Shown in pieces: positions 38,370 through 49,480 of a stretch of DNA of 64,000 nucleotides; within the stretch, counting starts at the first letter, position 1; the number at the start of each line of letters is the position of its first letter. The stretch comes from Octopus bimaculoides (taxonomy: Eukaryota), in the NCBI RefSeq assembly GCF_001194135.2, contig NC_068994.1:59895565-59959564 (forward strand), read 5' to 3'. The notes beneath the pieces are model-generated. The model was not told the DNA's origin and did not search any database. It saw nothing but the letters and a program-made list of their open reading frames with translations. Both the position numbers and the translations under genes were made by a program.

Positions 38370-39135
38370 ATATATGACAGGAAGAGTTTGCCTGAAATCA
38401 TCTGACAGCAGAAGCGTTACACCTCCCATTGGAGCCTGACAGTCTCGGGTGTCTTTCAGGGCTCTATCTAATGCTTCCAAAGCTCCCTTGTGAGCCATGG
38501 TGCACCCATCCCAGACAATTAGATGGCACCTTTTAAGTACCTTCCCCTGATCTGAGCTTTTGGTGATGTTGCATGAAGGCATCTCGGATGCTGCTAAATT
38601 TAGAGGGAGTTTGAAAGTGGAGTGTGCTGTCCTGCCACCGGGTAACAAAGTAGCTGCAATCCCGGAGGAAGCCACAGCTACTGCGATGTCCTGGTGCTGC
38701 CTAACTTCTGCAAGGAGAAGCTTTGTTATAAATGTTTTTCCTGTCCGTCCAGGGGCACCGAGGAAGAAGATTCGTCCCTCACGTTGGCGTACACTGTTAA
38801 GAATAGTTGTGTAGGCCTTAAGCTGGTCTGGAATTAAATTAAGGATCATTTTCAAGAATGTACTTTGAAAGCGCTTGAGTGCCGTAGGATGTTTCACGAA
38901 TGACAGCAGTGGGAAGGCTATTTGACCCTGGCCTGAATGTCCGTGGCAAGCCGTGCGTGGACAATTCCTTTCCAGCCAGTGTGGCGATTCTGTCTTCTTC
39001 AATGTCAATGAGGGTTTTGTCGTAGACTTCATTGCTGATGCCCTCCGTGTGAGGACAGAGCCGTTGAGTTTGCCGCTGGAAGTCTTCAGCCAGGTTGTCT
39101 CCGTATTCGAACCGTAGTAATAAGCACACAAATCA
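38370..39135 (-). mobile_element. Helitron RepHel PIF1-family helicase fragment (pseudogenised)
   Basis: FFLGAPGRTGKT (Walker A), VAVASSGIAATLLPGGRTAHSTFKLP, LIVWDGCTMAHK..EALDR.LKD, GGVTLLLSDDFRQTLPV; upstream linker in another frame (LAEDF...IEEDR...GKELSTHGLP...RETSY). Confidence 0.95.
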
Positions 39136-39160
39136 AACAAGGATCAAAAAAGGTTATATT

Positions 39161-39272
39161 TACGAGGCTATAGTAGAAGACACTTGCCCAAGGTGCCACG
39201 CAGTGGGACTGAACCCGGAACCATGTGGTTGGTAAGCAAGCTACTTACCACGCAGCCACACCTGCGCCTATG
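39161..39272 (-). mobile_element. SINE family A head
   Basis: ctatagtagaagacacttgcccaaggtgccacgcagtgggactgaacccggaaccatgtgg. Confidence 0.85.
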
Positions 39273-40394
39273 TTGCTTTTGAGTGGGATCGAATCCAGGA
39301 CCAGGTGGTCGTAAAAAGACTTTTTTTTTAACCAATCATACATCCATACTATATATTATTAGGCAGCTGTGGTGAATTTAAATCTTCACATACTTCCAGC
39401 TTCCATTTTGTTTATATTTTGTTAATTTAGCGAGTTCACGGAAAGAGAAACCAAACCATTCCCATTCAAATTCTCTCTCCCTCTTCTCTCTTTCTTTCCT
39501 GTTCCTCGCCTTAATTCTTTCTTCTTCTCTTTTCATCTCCTTTATTCTCTTTTTCGTTATCTTCAACTTGGCCCCTCCCATTTAGTGAACGCCTTTCCTC
39601 ATTTGCATATTTCTTCCCCATCTAAGCGTTTTATACTGTCTCTCAACCTGAATCTCTCTTAGAGCAGACTCATCTCTATTTCTCTCCCTCTTCCCTTCAC
39701 TCCTCCCAATTCACTCTTTACTCCACCTCCTTCCACCCCCTTCTCCTATATTCTGCAATAAACATCTTTCTTCTATGTTTTCTCCCTTCTCCTCCTTCCC
39801 CCCTCTCTCTCTCTCTCTTTAACACACACACGCACATACATAACACGTTTCTTATTTCTTCCTCTCTCTTCATCTTTTTCACCTCCTCTCACTCCTCCTT
39901 CTTCCGATTCCCTCTTCGTGTCTCCCCCCCCCTCCCCATCATAGCTCTTCTCTGGAACTCCGTCATATCATGACCAGCGAAGCGAATCAGTCTACCTTTG
40001 TCACTGCAAGACAATCTTCTACTCACTTGTGTCAATGCACGGCCGATTGCAGTCGAATACATTTTACTCAAAGTTGCTTCGTGTGACATTAATCATTTCA
40101 TTCCAGCCAGACCAAGCCATTTCCACACCAGCAGAAAATCGCGTCTGTTGTTTGGATAAGTATAACTTGATATTTATTGTGCTGTAAGCGACTTAGTTTT
40201 CGCAGCAGATGAAGCGGAACGACCCAGAAGACGCACGCGTCCTACGATTTAATGGCGTCACTCACAGTCCAAAACAAAATGGTCGTACACAAATCGAGGT
40301 GGAGAATTTTCTTCTAGGACTATTCTTGCAGCGTTAAGCTTTATCACGTCCGTTTACAGTCGAAGGTGTTAAGCATGACTTTACGCGAATGTAT

Positions 40395-40644
40395 GTGTGT
40401 TTGTCTGGTGTCAGTAACTTAGTGGTTTGACAAAAGTGATCGATCGAATAAGTACCAGGCTTTAAAAAAGATAAGTACTAAGGTCGATTCATTCAACTAA
40501 AAAAGTAAGATATATACGACGGGTTTCTTTCAGTTTCCGCCTACCAAACCCACTTCACAAGGCTGTGGTCGGAAGACACTAGCCCAAAGTGTCACGCAGT
40601 GGGACTGAACCCGGAGTCATGTGGTTGGGGAGCGAACTTCTTAC

Positions 40645-40650
<6 letters not shown>
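40395..40650. mobile_element. SINE family A pieces: 3' part (+) then head (-)
   Basis: gtaacttagtggtttgacaaaag...aataagtacc on plus; tttcagtttccgcctaccaaacccac...gtgggactgaaccc on minus. Confidence 0.7.
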
Positions 40651-40675
<25 letters not shown>

Positions 40676-41209
40676 AGAATTGTTTGAAATATTCCGTAAT
40701 CTTCAACTTCGAGTTATTGTGTCTAACAATTCATTTACATGTCTTTTCACAGTCAACAGAATTGTCTGTGTTTCTCCATCTCTCTAACAGTCAACCTGTC
40801 TTCAAATGCCAGTCTGTCTGTCTGTCTTCTAGTTGATCTGTTGTCTTGTTTGTCTATCTAACTCAACAGGTCTTTGCAAGCAGTTTCTGTTAGCTGCCAG
40901 CTGGCTGTTTTGGTTCGTTTTGTGTAACACAGGTAATTTGAATATTCAAATGAGGTGTCAAATGCGAACTTCTGTTCGGGATGGATACGCATCTGTGATG
41001 TATGTATTGGTTCCTTTTTTTTTATTTTGTCTGGTGGCCAAATAAATTCTCCCCCATCTCAGACAAATTTCGGTACCAGTGGAATTGTTTGTACTGACTG
41101 ACCATGAGATGTATTAAAGAATTTTCTTTATCTTCTTATCATTTGTGTGTGTGTGGGGGGGGGGGTGTAATATTAACAGAAGATACATTTGGTATTGCAT
41201 GTTTATTGG

Positions 41210-41254
41210 GTACAACATATGTTTCGACCCATCAGTCTGGGTCTCCTCAAGTAC
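41210..41254 (-). ncRNA. Minimal type I hammerhead-ribozyme motif (PLE type), U3 variant
   Basis: GTAC-TTGAGGA-GACCCA-gactga-TGGGTC-GAA-ACATATGT-T-GTAC followed by AATAAA. Confidence 0.75.
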
Positions 41255-41308
41255 ATCGATAAAGCTATGTCTCGCAAAAAATCTGTAGTGAGACATATCT
41301 TTATCAAT

Positions 41309-41353
41309 GTACTTGAGGAGACCCAGACTGATGGGTCGAATCAGATGTTGTAC
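41309..41353 (+). ncRNA. Mirror hammerhead motif, stem III disrupted (A15.1U)
   Basis: GTAC-TTGAGGA-GACCCA-gactga-TGGGTC-GAA-TCAGATGT-T-GTAC then AATAAA. Confidence 0.6.
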
Positions 41354-41699
41354 CCAATAAACATGCAATACCAAATGTATCTTCTGTTAATACTGCACGG
41401 CGCCCGTGTTATGGAATTATTTTGAAAGAAGTGAAAATGTAAAAAGTAGGAGTAGGGACAGGGAATTGAAAATGAAAGGTATTATTTTAGCATAATTGAA
41501 ATGTCCATGATGGAAAACATATGAATCTGCTGGAAAGGTAAGAAAAGTGTTTGGAGTTGATATGCAGGTGTGCTTTTGAACATGAACCGATTTGGTTGGT
41601 ATTTGTAACACGTCATGCTACCACTGAACAGGTATTTGCGAGAAGCCGTTACGTGGTAGTATCGCGTGCTAGAAATAGCTGTGAAATGTTTCATATTGA

Positions 41700-42717
41700 T
41701 GCAATTTAGAAAGGAAAAAGGTTACATACCGAAATCAGGGAAATGAATGCATGTGCTTTAGTTGATCAGTATTGCTTTGATTGAGCAACGTTGTGAAAGA
41801 GAAGACGAGAGAAATGGTAAGAGGAAAGGAGAGAGTGATTATGAATTGCGTTCTGAATGTTATTTGCCTGGAAATGAATTCCGTCGTATTTCTAAGAAAG
41901 CAGACAGCTAGAACGATGAAGATATCAGTGGTGCTAGAGTGGTGTGGAGTCGCTTGACCCGTGCAGTAGGAAGGTTAGCGGTGAAGTGGATAACAATATA
42001 CTTCACTTGACAAGGTAGCATGTGATTAATGTCTGTTACCATATTGCATTGACCCGTGGTGAGAAGTAAGTTTTATTTCCCTGTGGTGGGAAGGAAATGT
42101 GAATGAAATGAAACGGGACAATGTTTTTGAGATCGCCGTTCAGTGGTGCTATAGTCGCGTGGGGTCATTTGAAGTGTCCGTGCGGTAGGAAGGTTAGAGC
42201 TGAAGTGGATGACAATATATTTGACTTAACAAGGTAGCATCTGGTTAATGTCTGTTACCATGTTGCATTGTCTCGTCGTGAGAAATAAGATTTATTTGCC
42301 TGTCGTGGTAATGAAATGAGAATGAGATGTAAGGGGACAATGTTTTTGAGATCCCGGTTCGTGTGTAAGACAGGTCTGAAAGGGTTCCCAACAGTTATTA
42401 GTCGGAGTGGTAGAGTGTTATATATGTATGTATGCGTGTATATATGTGAGATGATAGTTTCAGTCTTAAAGTGAAAGTATCTGACATTACAATAGAGAGA
42501 TGTTATTGTTTCACTTTTGACACGTAATACTGCAATAGTGGAGGAAATGTGCTATTGCTCTGGGCTCGCACTAGGCAAGAAGTTAAGAATATTTTTGGCC
42601 CAAAACACTACATGGACCCTAAGTAAGGCATGTGTAAAATTTGAATGAAATTGGTTGTGTAGTTCTCAAGTTTTAGGGATTCACACAGACAGACAGACAC
42701 ACATTCTCATCTTTATA
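41700..42717 (-). mobile_element. Probable Helitron-like 5' region with internal ~215-bp tandem duplication
   Basis: Minus start tataaagatgagaatgtgtgtctgtctgtctgt...caaccaatttcattcaaattttacac; units at 41926-42140 and 42141-42359. Confidence 0.55.
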
Positions 42718-42902
42718 NNNNNNNNNNNNNNNNNNNNNNNNNNNNNNNNNNNNNNNNNNNNNNNNNNNNNNNNNNNNNNNNNNNNNNNNNNNNNNNNNNN
42801 NNNNNNNNNNNNNNNNNNNNNNNNNNNNNNNNNNNNNNNNNNNNNNNNNNNNNNNNNNNNNNNNNNNNNNNNNNNNNNNNNNNNNNNNNNNNNNNNNNNN
42901 NN

Positions 42903-42943
<41 letters not shown>

Positions 42944-43348
42944 ATATATATAAAAGCAGATACTGTAAAGTGGTTAGCATGAAAGAAACCGAACCGAACC
43001 AGACTGGAGCCTAGCGCAGCACGTCAGCTTGCCAGCTCATGATACATTGACCTACCCATGCCAGCACGGAAAAGAATATCGCTAAAGGATGATGATGATG
43101 ATGATGATGACAACGACAATGATAAAAACACAGACAAAATCAACGTCAGTTTAACCTTTTATTCATTTATTCCCATCTCTTTATTCTCTGATCACAAATT
43201 CCCCCCAAAATCCAGCAGAATCATCTTCAGATATTGATGACTTTGATGAAACTGAAGTTGATAACATCAAATTTGAAGAGATAGAAGACCTTGTCTTTTA
43301 GTAGACAAAATTGTTGTCATCTTGTAATAATTTTTTATATTGATACAG

Positions 43349-44085
43349 TTACACTTGTGTGTGAATACTCAAATGTGCACGTAAGTGGCCTTGTTGAGAG
43401 AATGATTTACCACAGATATCACAATGATATGGTTTCTCTCCAGTGTGAATGTGCTGGTGTGTAGTTAAGTAACCATTTCTAGAGAATGATTTGCCACATG
43501 TATCACAGTGATGTAGTTTTTCCCCAGTATGGATGCGTCTGTGTCTAGTCAAACTGCTACTTTCGGAAAATGATTTACCACACATATCACAATGATATGG
43601 TTTTTTCCCCAGTATGAATGCGTTTGTGTTTCAAGTTACTATGCTGGGAGAATGATTTACCACAGATATCACAATGGTATGGCTTCTCCCCTGTGTGTGT
43701 ATGTCTGTGTTTAGTTAAGTGACAACTACGAGAGAATGATTTACCACAAATATCACACTGATATGGCTTCTCTCTAATATGAATACGTTTGTGTTTAGTT
43801 AAGTGATTATTTTGAGAGAATGATTTACCACAGATATCACAGTGATATGGTTTTTGCCCTGTATGAATGAATATGTGAGTAGTCAAACTACAATTTTGAG
43901 AAAATGATTTACCACAGATATCACAGTGATATGGCTTCTCACCTGTATCAAGACTTTTAGTTAAATGATTCATTATGAGGGGATAATTTGTCATACATAG
44001 CACAATGGTAGTGTTTAATTCATTTCTGTGAATGTGCTTGTGTTCAGTTGAGTCCCTGTCTTCAGAGAATAATTTAATGCTATGC
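43349..44085 (-). pseudogene. Tandem C2H2 (Kruppel-linker) zinc-finger array: 7 recognisable fingers plus about 2 decayed, frameshifted
   Basis: Repeated [19 protein letters not shown]; extra T in the homopolymer at 43601-43606 splits the ORF; finger 4 lacks one codon (SNL-KH). Confidence 0.9.
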
Positions 44086-44699
44086 TTCTTTCAGCTGTGA
44101 TCATACTGAATATCCAAAGCAGAAGATGCAAACTGTCAGATCCTTTGTAAAGTTAAACAATCTTAATCAAACTGTAAAGCGATTACCACCTCTACATTCC
44201 AGACAGTGGAAAGGAGAAAATGTTGCTGTTAATTCCATCGTCAGGAAGAAATATTTCACCATTGTTAGTCATAGATTTTATCTGTATAAAGAGGTTGATG
44301 TATTGATGAATGTGCTTTATAAATATCTCATCTGCGTTTAGGCGATGAAAATTGATAAAATATCGATGACACATCCGATGTAAGGAATTTCTTTTACGGC
44401 AACAAGGTGTGATATTCTGAAATAATACAAGAAACCTTCAGATATTGAGGAAGCTGAACAAAATAGTAATTCAAGACAGCAAGTATTACAACAACAACAT
44501 TCTCATCATTTCAATGCAGATTTTTCAATGCTTGCATGGTTCACAGTTTATTGAGGCAGATTTTCCAATCAAGGTGACATTTCATATTTTTCTAGCAGGA
44601 TACGTTTGCATGGAAGAATGGGAACAAAACACATCGTTTGTATGAAAGTGACACTCGTTTACGACTATCACCCAGAGCCAAGGCAAAAAGACAGTAGCA

Positions 44700-45092
44700 C
44701 ACTTGCATACATATACACACACCAGTGCCATTTGATTGGCATCTGTGTCAGTGGCACATAAAGAGCACCCTTCAAGCATTGAGCCTCATAGAGGCAGTGA
44801 GAGGTGACCAAGACCCTTGGCGATATACCGTGCTTGTGTTGACCTGTCAAGCCAAGTGAGACTGTAGTCGTGGCCGATGCCAGTGTCAAGTCAATGGCAC
44901 CCGTGCCACCAGCATGTGTAAACACCCACTACACTCTCAGAGTGGTTGGCGTTAGGAAGGACATCCAGCCGTAGAAACATTGCCAGATCAGATTGGAGCT
45001 TGGCGCAGTCCCTCTCCTTACCAATCCCCAGTCAAACCGGTCCAGCTCATGCCAGCATGGAAAGCAGACGTTAAACAATGATGATCATGATG
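44700..45092 (+). mobile_element. Family B-related copy including a decayed RTE ORF end
   Basis: cattgagcctcatagaggcagtga..gaccaagacccttggcgatat...caagccaagtgag then the family B 3' UTR and (GAT)n. Confidence 0.75.
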
Positions 45093-45169
45093 TATAAATA
45101 AACTGAAAGAAGCTTATATATATATATATATGTATGTATGTATGTATACACACACACACAGATGATGAA

Positions 45170-45320
45170 CTTCTTTTAGTTTCTGTCTGCCAAATGCATT
45201 CAAAACACATTGGTTGGCCCAAGACTATGGAGAAAGATACTTGCCCAAGGTGCCATACAGTGGGAGTGAACCCAGAATTACACAGTTGAGAAGTAAACGC
45301 CCTATCATAGGCACACTTGC
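45170..45320 (-). mobile_element. SINE family A head
   Basis: gatacttgcccaaggtgccatacagtgggagtgaaccc. Confidence 0.7.
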
Positions 45321-45939
45321 AGCCACCCACCTACCTACCCCCTTCTCTCTCTCTGTTTATCTATCTCTATCTATAACTATATTTATATATCTTTACATAT
45401 ATATACTTTATAGATCTAATATATACATATATAATGTCAACAGAAAATGTACTCCCCATCCAGTGACAGATAAATATCAATTTAATACACAATCAAAAGA
45501 CCTACTGATAGTTTCATGTTTTGTTTTTATTATTTTAGCGTCCTTTGTCTGACATCTTTTTAACACACACCGGTGACTTCCTCCGTGACTCTCCATCACA
45601 CGTGTTGCCTCCTCTTCTATTCAATCCATTTTGTCTTTTTGTGCTGTGTATCCTTATCTGTACATGCATTTGTCTCTGTATTTGTGTATGTGTGTATGTG
45701 TCTATGTGTTTAAAATGTGTATTTTGTACGTGCGTGCGTGTCGATGTGTCTACTTACAACACTGTACCGTCTTTTACGTATGAAATTTTCAGAAAATATT
45801 TGCGAATTTGTCTTCTATATGTGGGAATTCATATGATTATGAAAAAAATAATTTTGCTTTCCCTTCCTAAACCCACCCCTCCCCACAAATCCTAAAATCT
45901 CCCCAATGAAGTTTAAAATATGGACAGTCTGAATATTTT

Positions 45940-46070
45940 GCTTAAATCCATCAATGGACCACTCATAGATGCATCGTCGTTCCATTCAATGTGTTTATGG
46001 GGAGAAAAGTGTTGGATGTTGTCTAATGATACGAGTTAATCGCTCACAGACGTCAAGATGCGCTGCAAAG
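45940..46070 (+). mobile_element. Possible decayed mariner transposase N-terminal fragment
   Basis: HRRSIQCVYGEKSVG weakly resembles the mariner IHRRLQ.VYG...V motif; no catalytic domain seen. Confidence 0.2.
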
Positions 46071-46924
46071 CTGAAAGAAAATGGCACCGTCGGCCTTCTA
46101 CGTGTCGAAGTAACACTACTGGCACGTGTGCCGAAGCAAAGAATTGTACACGCTTACTTCGTTTCATAAATAATTTTATTTTATGTCGGGATGTTTACAC
46201 ACAAAATGCTGGTGTCGTTAAAATGCAGAAAGCATCTTTGAACAGAGTAACTTTAAATGTGCACACACACAAAATACAGTGCAACTGTTACGGACCAAAC
46301 ATGACGTATTATGTAAGATGACAGGTAACTGCTCTAGTGTTGGTTATATAATTAGAAGCGCCTTCAAGTGAACTAAATCAAGTGTTCCAAAATTGCTGGG
46401 GGAATAAAACAGAGTTGAAGGGTGATAATCCGAATTTGCTCCGTGATCCCAATCAAGGGAAATCACCCATCTTCAGTTATGATTTCTTTTCTCCCCGTCA
46501 TTGCTACAAAAGTATTGTAAAAAATCGATACATATACGAGAGTGACATAGAAACTTCATAAAATACAAANNNNNNNNNNNNNNNNNNNNNNNNNNNNNNN
46601 NNNNNNNNNNNNNNNNNNNNNNNNNNNNNNNNNNNNNNNNNNNNNNNNNNNNNNNNNNNNNNNNNNNNNNNNNNNNNNNNNNNNNNNNNNNNNNNNNNNN
46701 NNNNNNNNNNNNNNNNNNNNNNNNNNNNNNNNNNNNNNNNNNNNNNNNNNNNNNNNNNNNNNNNNNNNNNNNNNNNNNNNNNNNNNNNNNNNNNNNNNNN
46801 NNNNNNNNNNNNNNNNNNNNNNNNNNNNNNNNNNNNNNNNNNNNNNNNNNNNNNNNNNNNNNNNNNNNNNNNNNNNNNNNNNNNNNNNNNNNNNNNNNNN
46901 NNNNNNNNNNNNNNNNNCCTCATA

Positions 46925-47315
46925 ACTTTCAGGAAAATGGATTTCTTTTAATGAAATCTTATAGAAAGGGAGAGGTACACAGTGACATATGTATGGAAGA
47001 TACTGGAGGGGCTGGCACCAACCCTTGGGATTTAGAGTTATACCAGACCTCGAAATGGACGTCACTGCACTGTTCCGAAAGTCTCATCTAGGGCGAGGAC
47101 CATGTACTGCAAAAGCTTAGGATTCAAGGGCCCACAACTATTCAACTCCTTGCCAAAACATCTGAGGGATCTCCATGGAGTGGGAGTAGATGTTTTCAAA
47201 AAACAACTTGACCCCTTACTATCCAAGATCCCAGAGGAACCAATATCAAGTCAGGAAACTCAAAAGACGGCAGCAATATCGAACTCGCTCCTTCACCAAA
47301 AGCCAAACCCATAGA
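46925..47315 (+). mobile_element. CR1/L2-group LINE 3' end
   Basis: ..RYTVTYVWKILEGLAP...GRHCTVPK...SLGFKGPQLFNSLPKHLRD...FKKQLD.LLSKIPEEP...AAISNSLLHQ. Confidence 0.8.
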
Positions 47316-47838
47316 ATTGGCCAATTAAAAGGTGGTTACCACGGCGGTGCCCCAACATGGCCGCAGCTTCAAGGCTGAAACATATAAAAGAATAAATACC
47401 TTTCAAACGGCATAAATTACGATTGTAAAGAAATTTGTGGGGGAAATTTTTTTCCGAGGAGGTGATGAGATGAGTTTCGAATCAGGAAGATCAAGTAAGT
47501 TGGAACTACTAGGTCTGACGGGGATTCCCCCCATTTTCTTTTTTAACCACAACCTTCGAAGTGATGGGGGCGGGGTACCTTTTTAGGAAAAAAGTTTGAA
47601 ATTTTTTTGGCACACCCCCTCTCACTTCGGACAGATTTTGGCCAGTTTTTTTGCACTTGAAAACCATGGGAGGAGTTTTTTCGGTAAAAAAATATTTAAA
47701 AAATAAGTTAATATTTTCAGAGGAAAAAGTGAATGATTTAAGGGAGATTTGGCTGTTGTTTCTAGCACATCCTAGAACCATCATCGTTTCTTTCTTACTC
47801 TCGAATGTATTGATGTTTTTCAATATTTTTCTCTCCAT

Positions 47839-47926
47839 CGCCGAGGTCGACTTTGCCTTTCATCCTTTCGGGGTCAACTGGCACCCTCCCCCAAAATTTC
47901 GGGCCTTGTGCCCAGAGTAGAAAAGA
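47839..47926 (+). mobile_element. 5'-truncated SINE family C with 16-bp TSD
   Basis: atatttttctctccat at 47823-47838 and 47927-47942 flanks cgccgaggtcgactttgcctttcatcctttcgggg. Confidence 0.85.
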
Positions 47927-49135
47927 ATATTTTTCTCTCCATAAATACATTTATATGCTATAAAAAAAAAAATTGAAAAATTAGTATTTATTTGCAACTT
48001 CACTGCCTGTCCCCGATTGTTTGTTTATAATTTAAAATATTGGAGAGCCTGAGAAGGTTTGTCGTAAGACATGATAAATTTATTATTTTTACTGTAGCAC
48101 GAGTTAGTTTTTTTCAGACAGATGCTGACTCGTTCAGATTCGTTTTTGCGAAGATTCCAACATCAACTTCCGGCCAAAACTGTAAAGTTCAGAGTTAGTC
48201 GCGGTGAAGACGTTGAACTGTCGGCTACACAATTTCCAGCTGTTCCTTCTATCAGCGCAGGGACATTAAACCTGGTATTATTTTAACCATTATGACTATT
48301 AAACCAAAACAACTGCCAGGCAATTTGCCTCTTCTCCACTTGACATTCGTCTACTTTTGTTTGAAGCTTATATCATTTTTTAAACCCTGTGTTGCTGAAA
48401 TTGACGTCTACAGCCAGACCTGTCTTCATTATGACATTTGTCTCACGTGGAATTGGATGTCAGCTCCAACTTGAAAGACCCTGAAATTTTAGTAAGTGCG
48501 ACTAAATTTATTCATGTCTTACGCCTGTTATTCCTCCACACTGTAACAACCTGTTATTTTGCACGCACCTCATTTTCTCCTGTTAACATACGTTTCTTCT
48601 GCTTTATTAGGAAACTTACATAAAAATTGCATTTATTTCAACACTTGATACCATTCATTATTGACTTTTCATATTTTCCGCTGCTTTTTATGTAAAACTA
48701 CATTTCTGTAGAAACTGTCAGCTTATTATATACTAAATATTTGCTAAACGCTTATTGCCGGCATTTATCCAGTGATTAAAAAAAAAAAGAGGTATGTAAA
48801 CGATAATTCATTTTAATAGCATAACTTTTCTGTTAGAAAATGTTTTGGCGAAAGTAAAGACTATTATGTACAACCCGGGGTTCAGGGTTTTTGTTACGCC
48901 GAAAATGGGTGGTGAGCTAATTCATTTAATTAAGGTGAGTAAAAATTTTAATTACATTTATTTATTTATTTGGCTTATATTCCACTAATGTGTTACTTAG
49001 GTATAAAATGTGTTTAATGGGAGAAAAATATGGAAAAAATATCAATACACGTGAGAGTGAACATGGAGGGTGGTTTGGAATGTGCTAGAAACAACAGCCA
49101 AATCTCCCCTGTATCGTACACCTTTTCCTCTGAAA

Positions 49136-49480
49136 TTACTCTTTTACTTGTTTCAGTCTTTTGACTGTGGCCATGCTGGAGCACCGCCTTTAGTCGAGTA
49201 AATCAACCCCAGGACTTATTCTATCGGTCTCTTTTGCCGAACCGCTAAGTTACGGGACGTAAACACACCAGCATCGGTTGTCAAGCGATGTTGGGGGACA
49301 AACACATACATATATATGACAGGCTTCTTTCAGTTTCCGTCTACCAAATCCATTCACAAGGCTTTGGTCGGCCCGAGGCTATAGTAGAAGACACTTGCCC
49401 AAGATGCCACGCAGTGGGACTAAACCCGGAACCATGTGGTTGGTAAGCAAGCTACTTACCACACAGCCACTCCTACGCCT
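49136..49480 (-). mobile_element. SINE family A, near full length
   Basis: tRNA-like head through (gagtaaaa) tail; the best copy in the window. Confidence 0.9.

Larger units (their letters stand above)
41171..41392. repeat. ~220-bp foldback palindrome, arms ~105 bp, ~12-nt loop
   Basis: Near-identical ORFs on both strands; arms differ at only a handful of positions. Confidence 0.97.
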
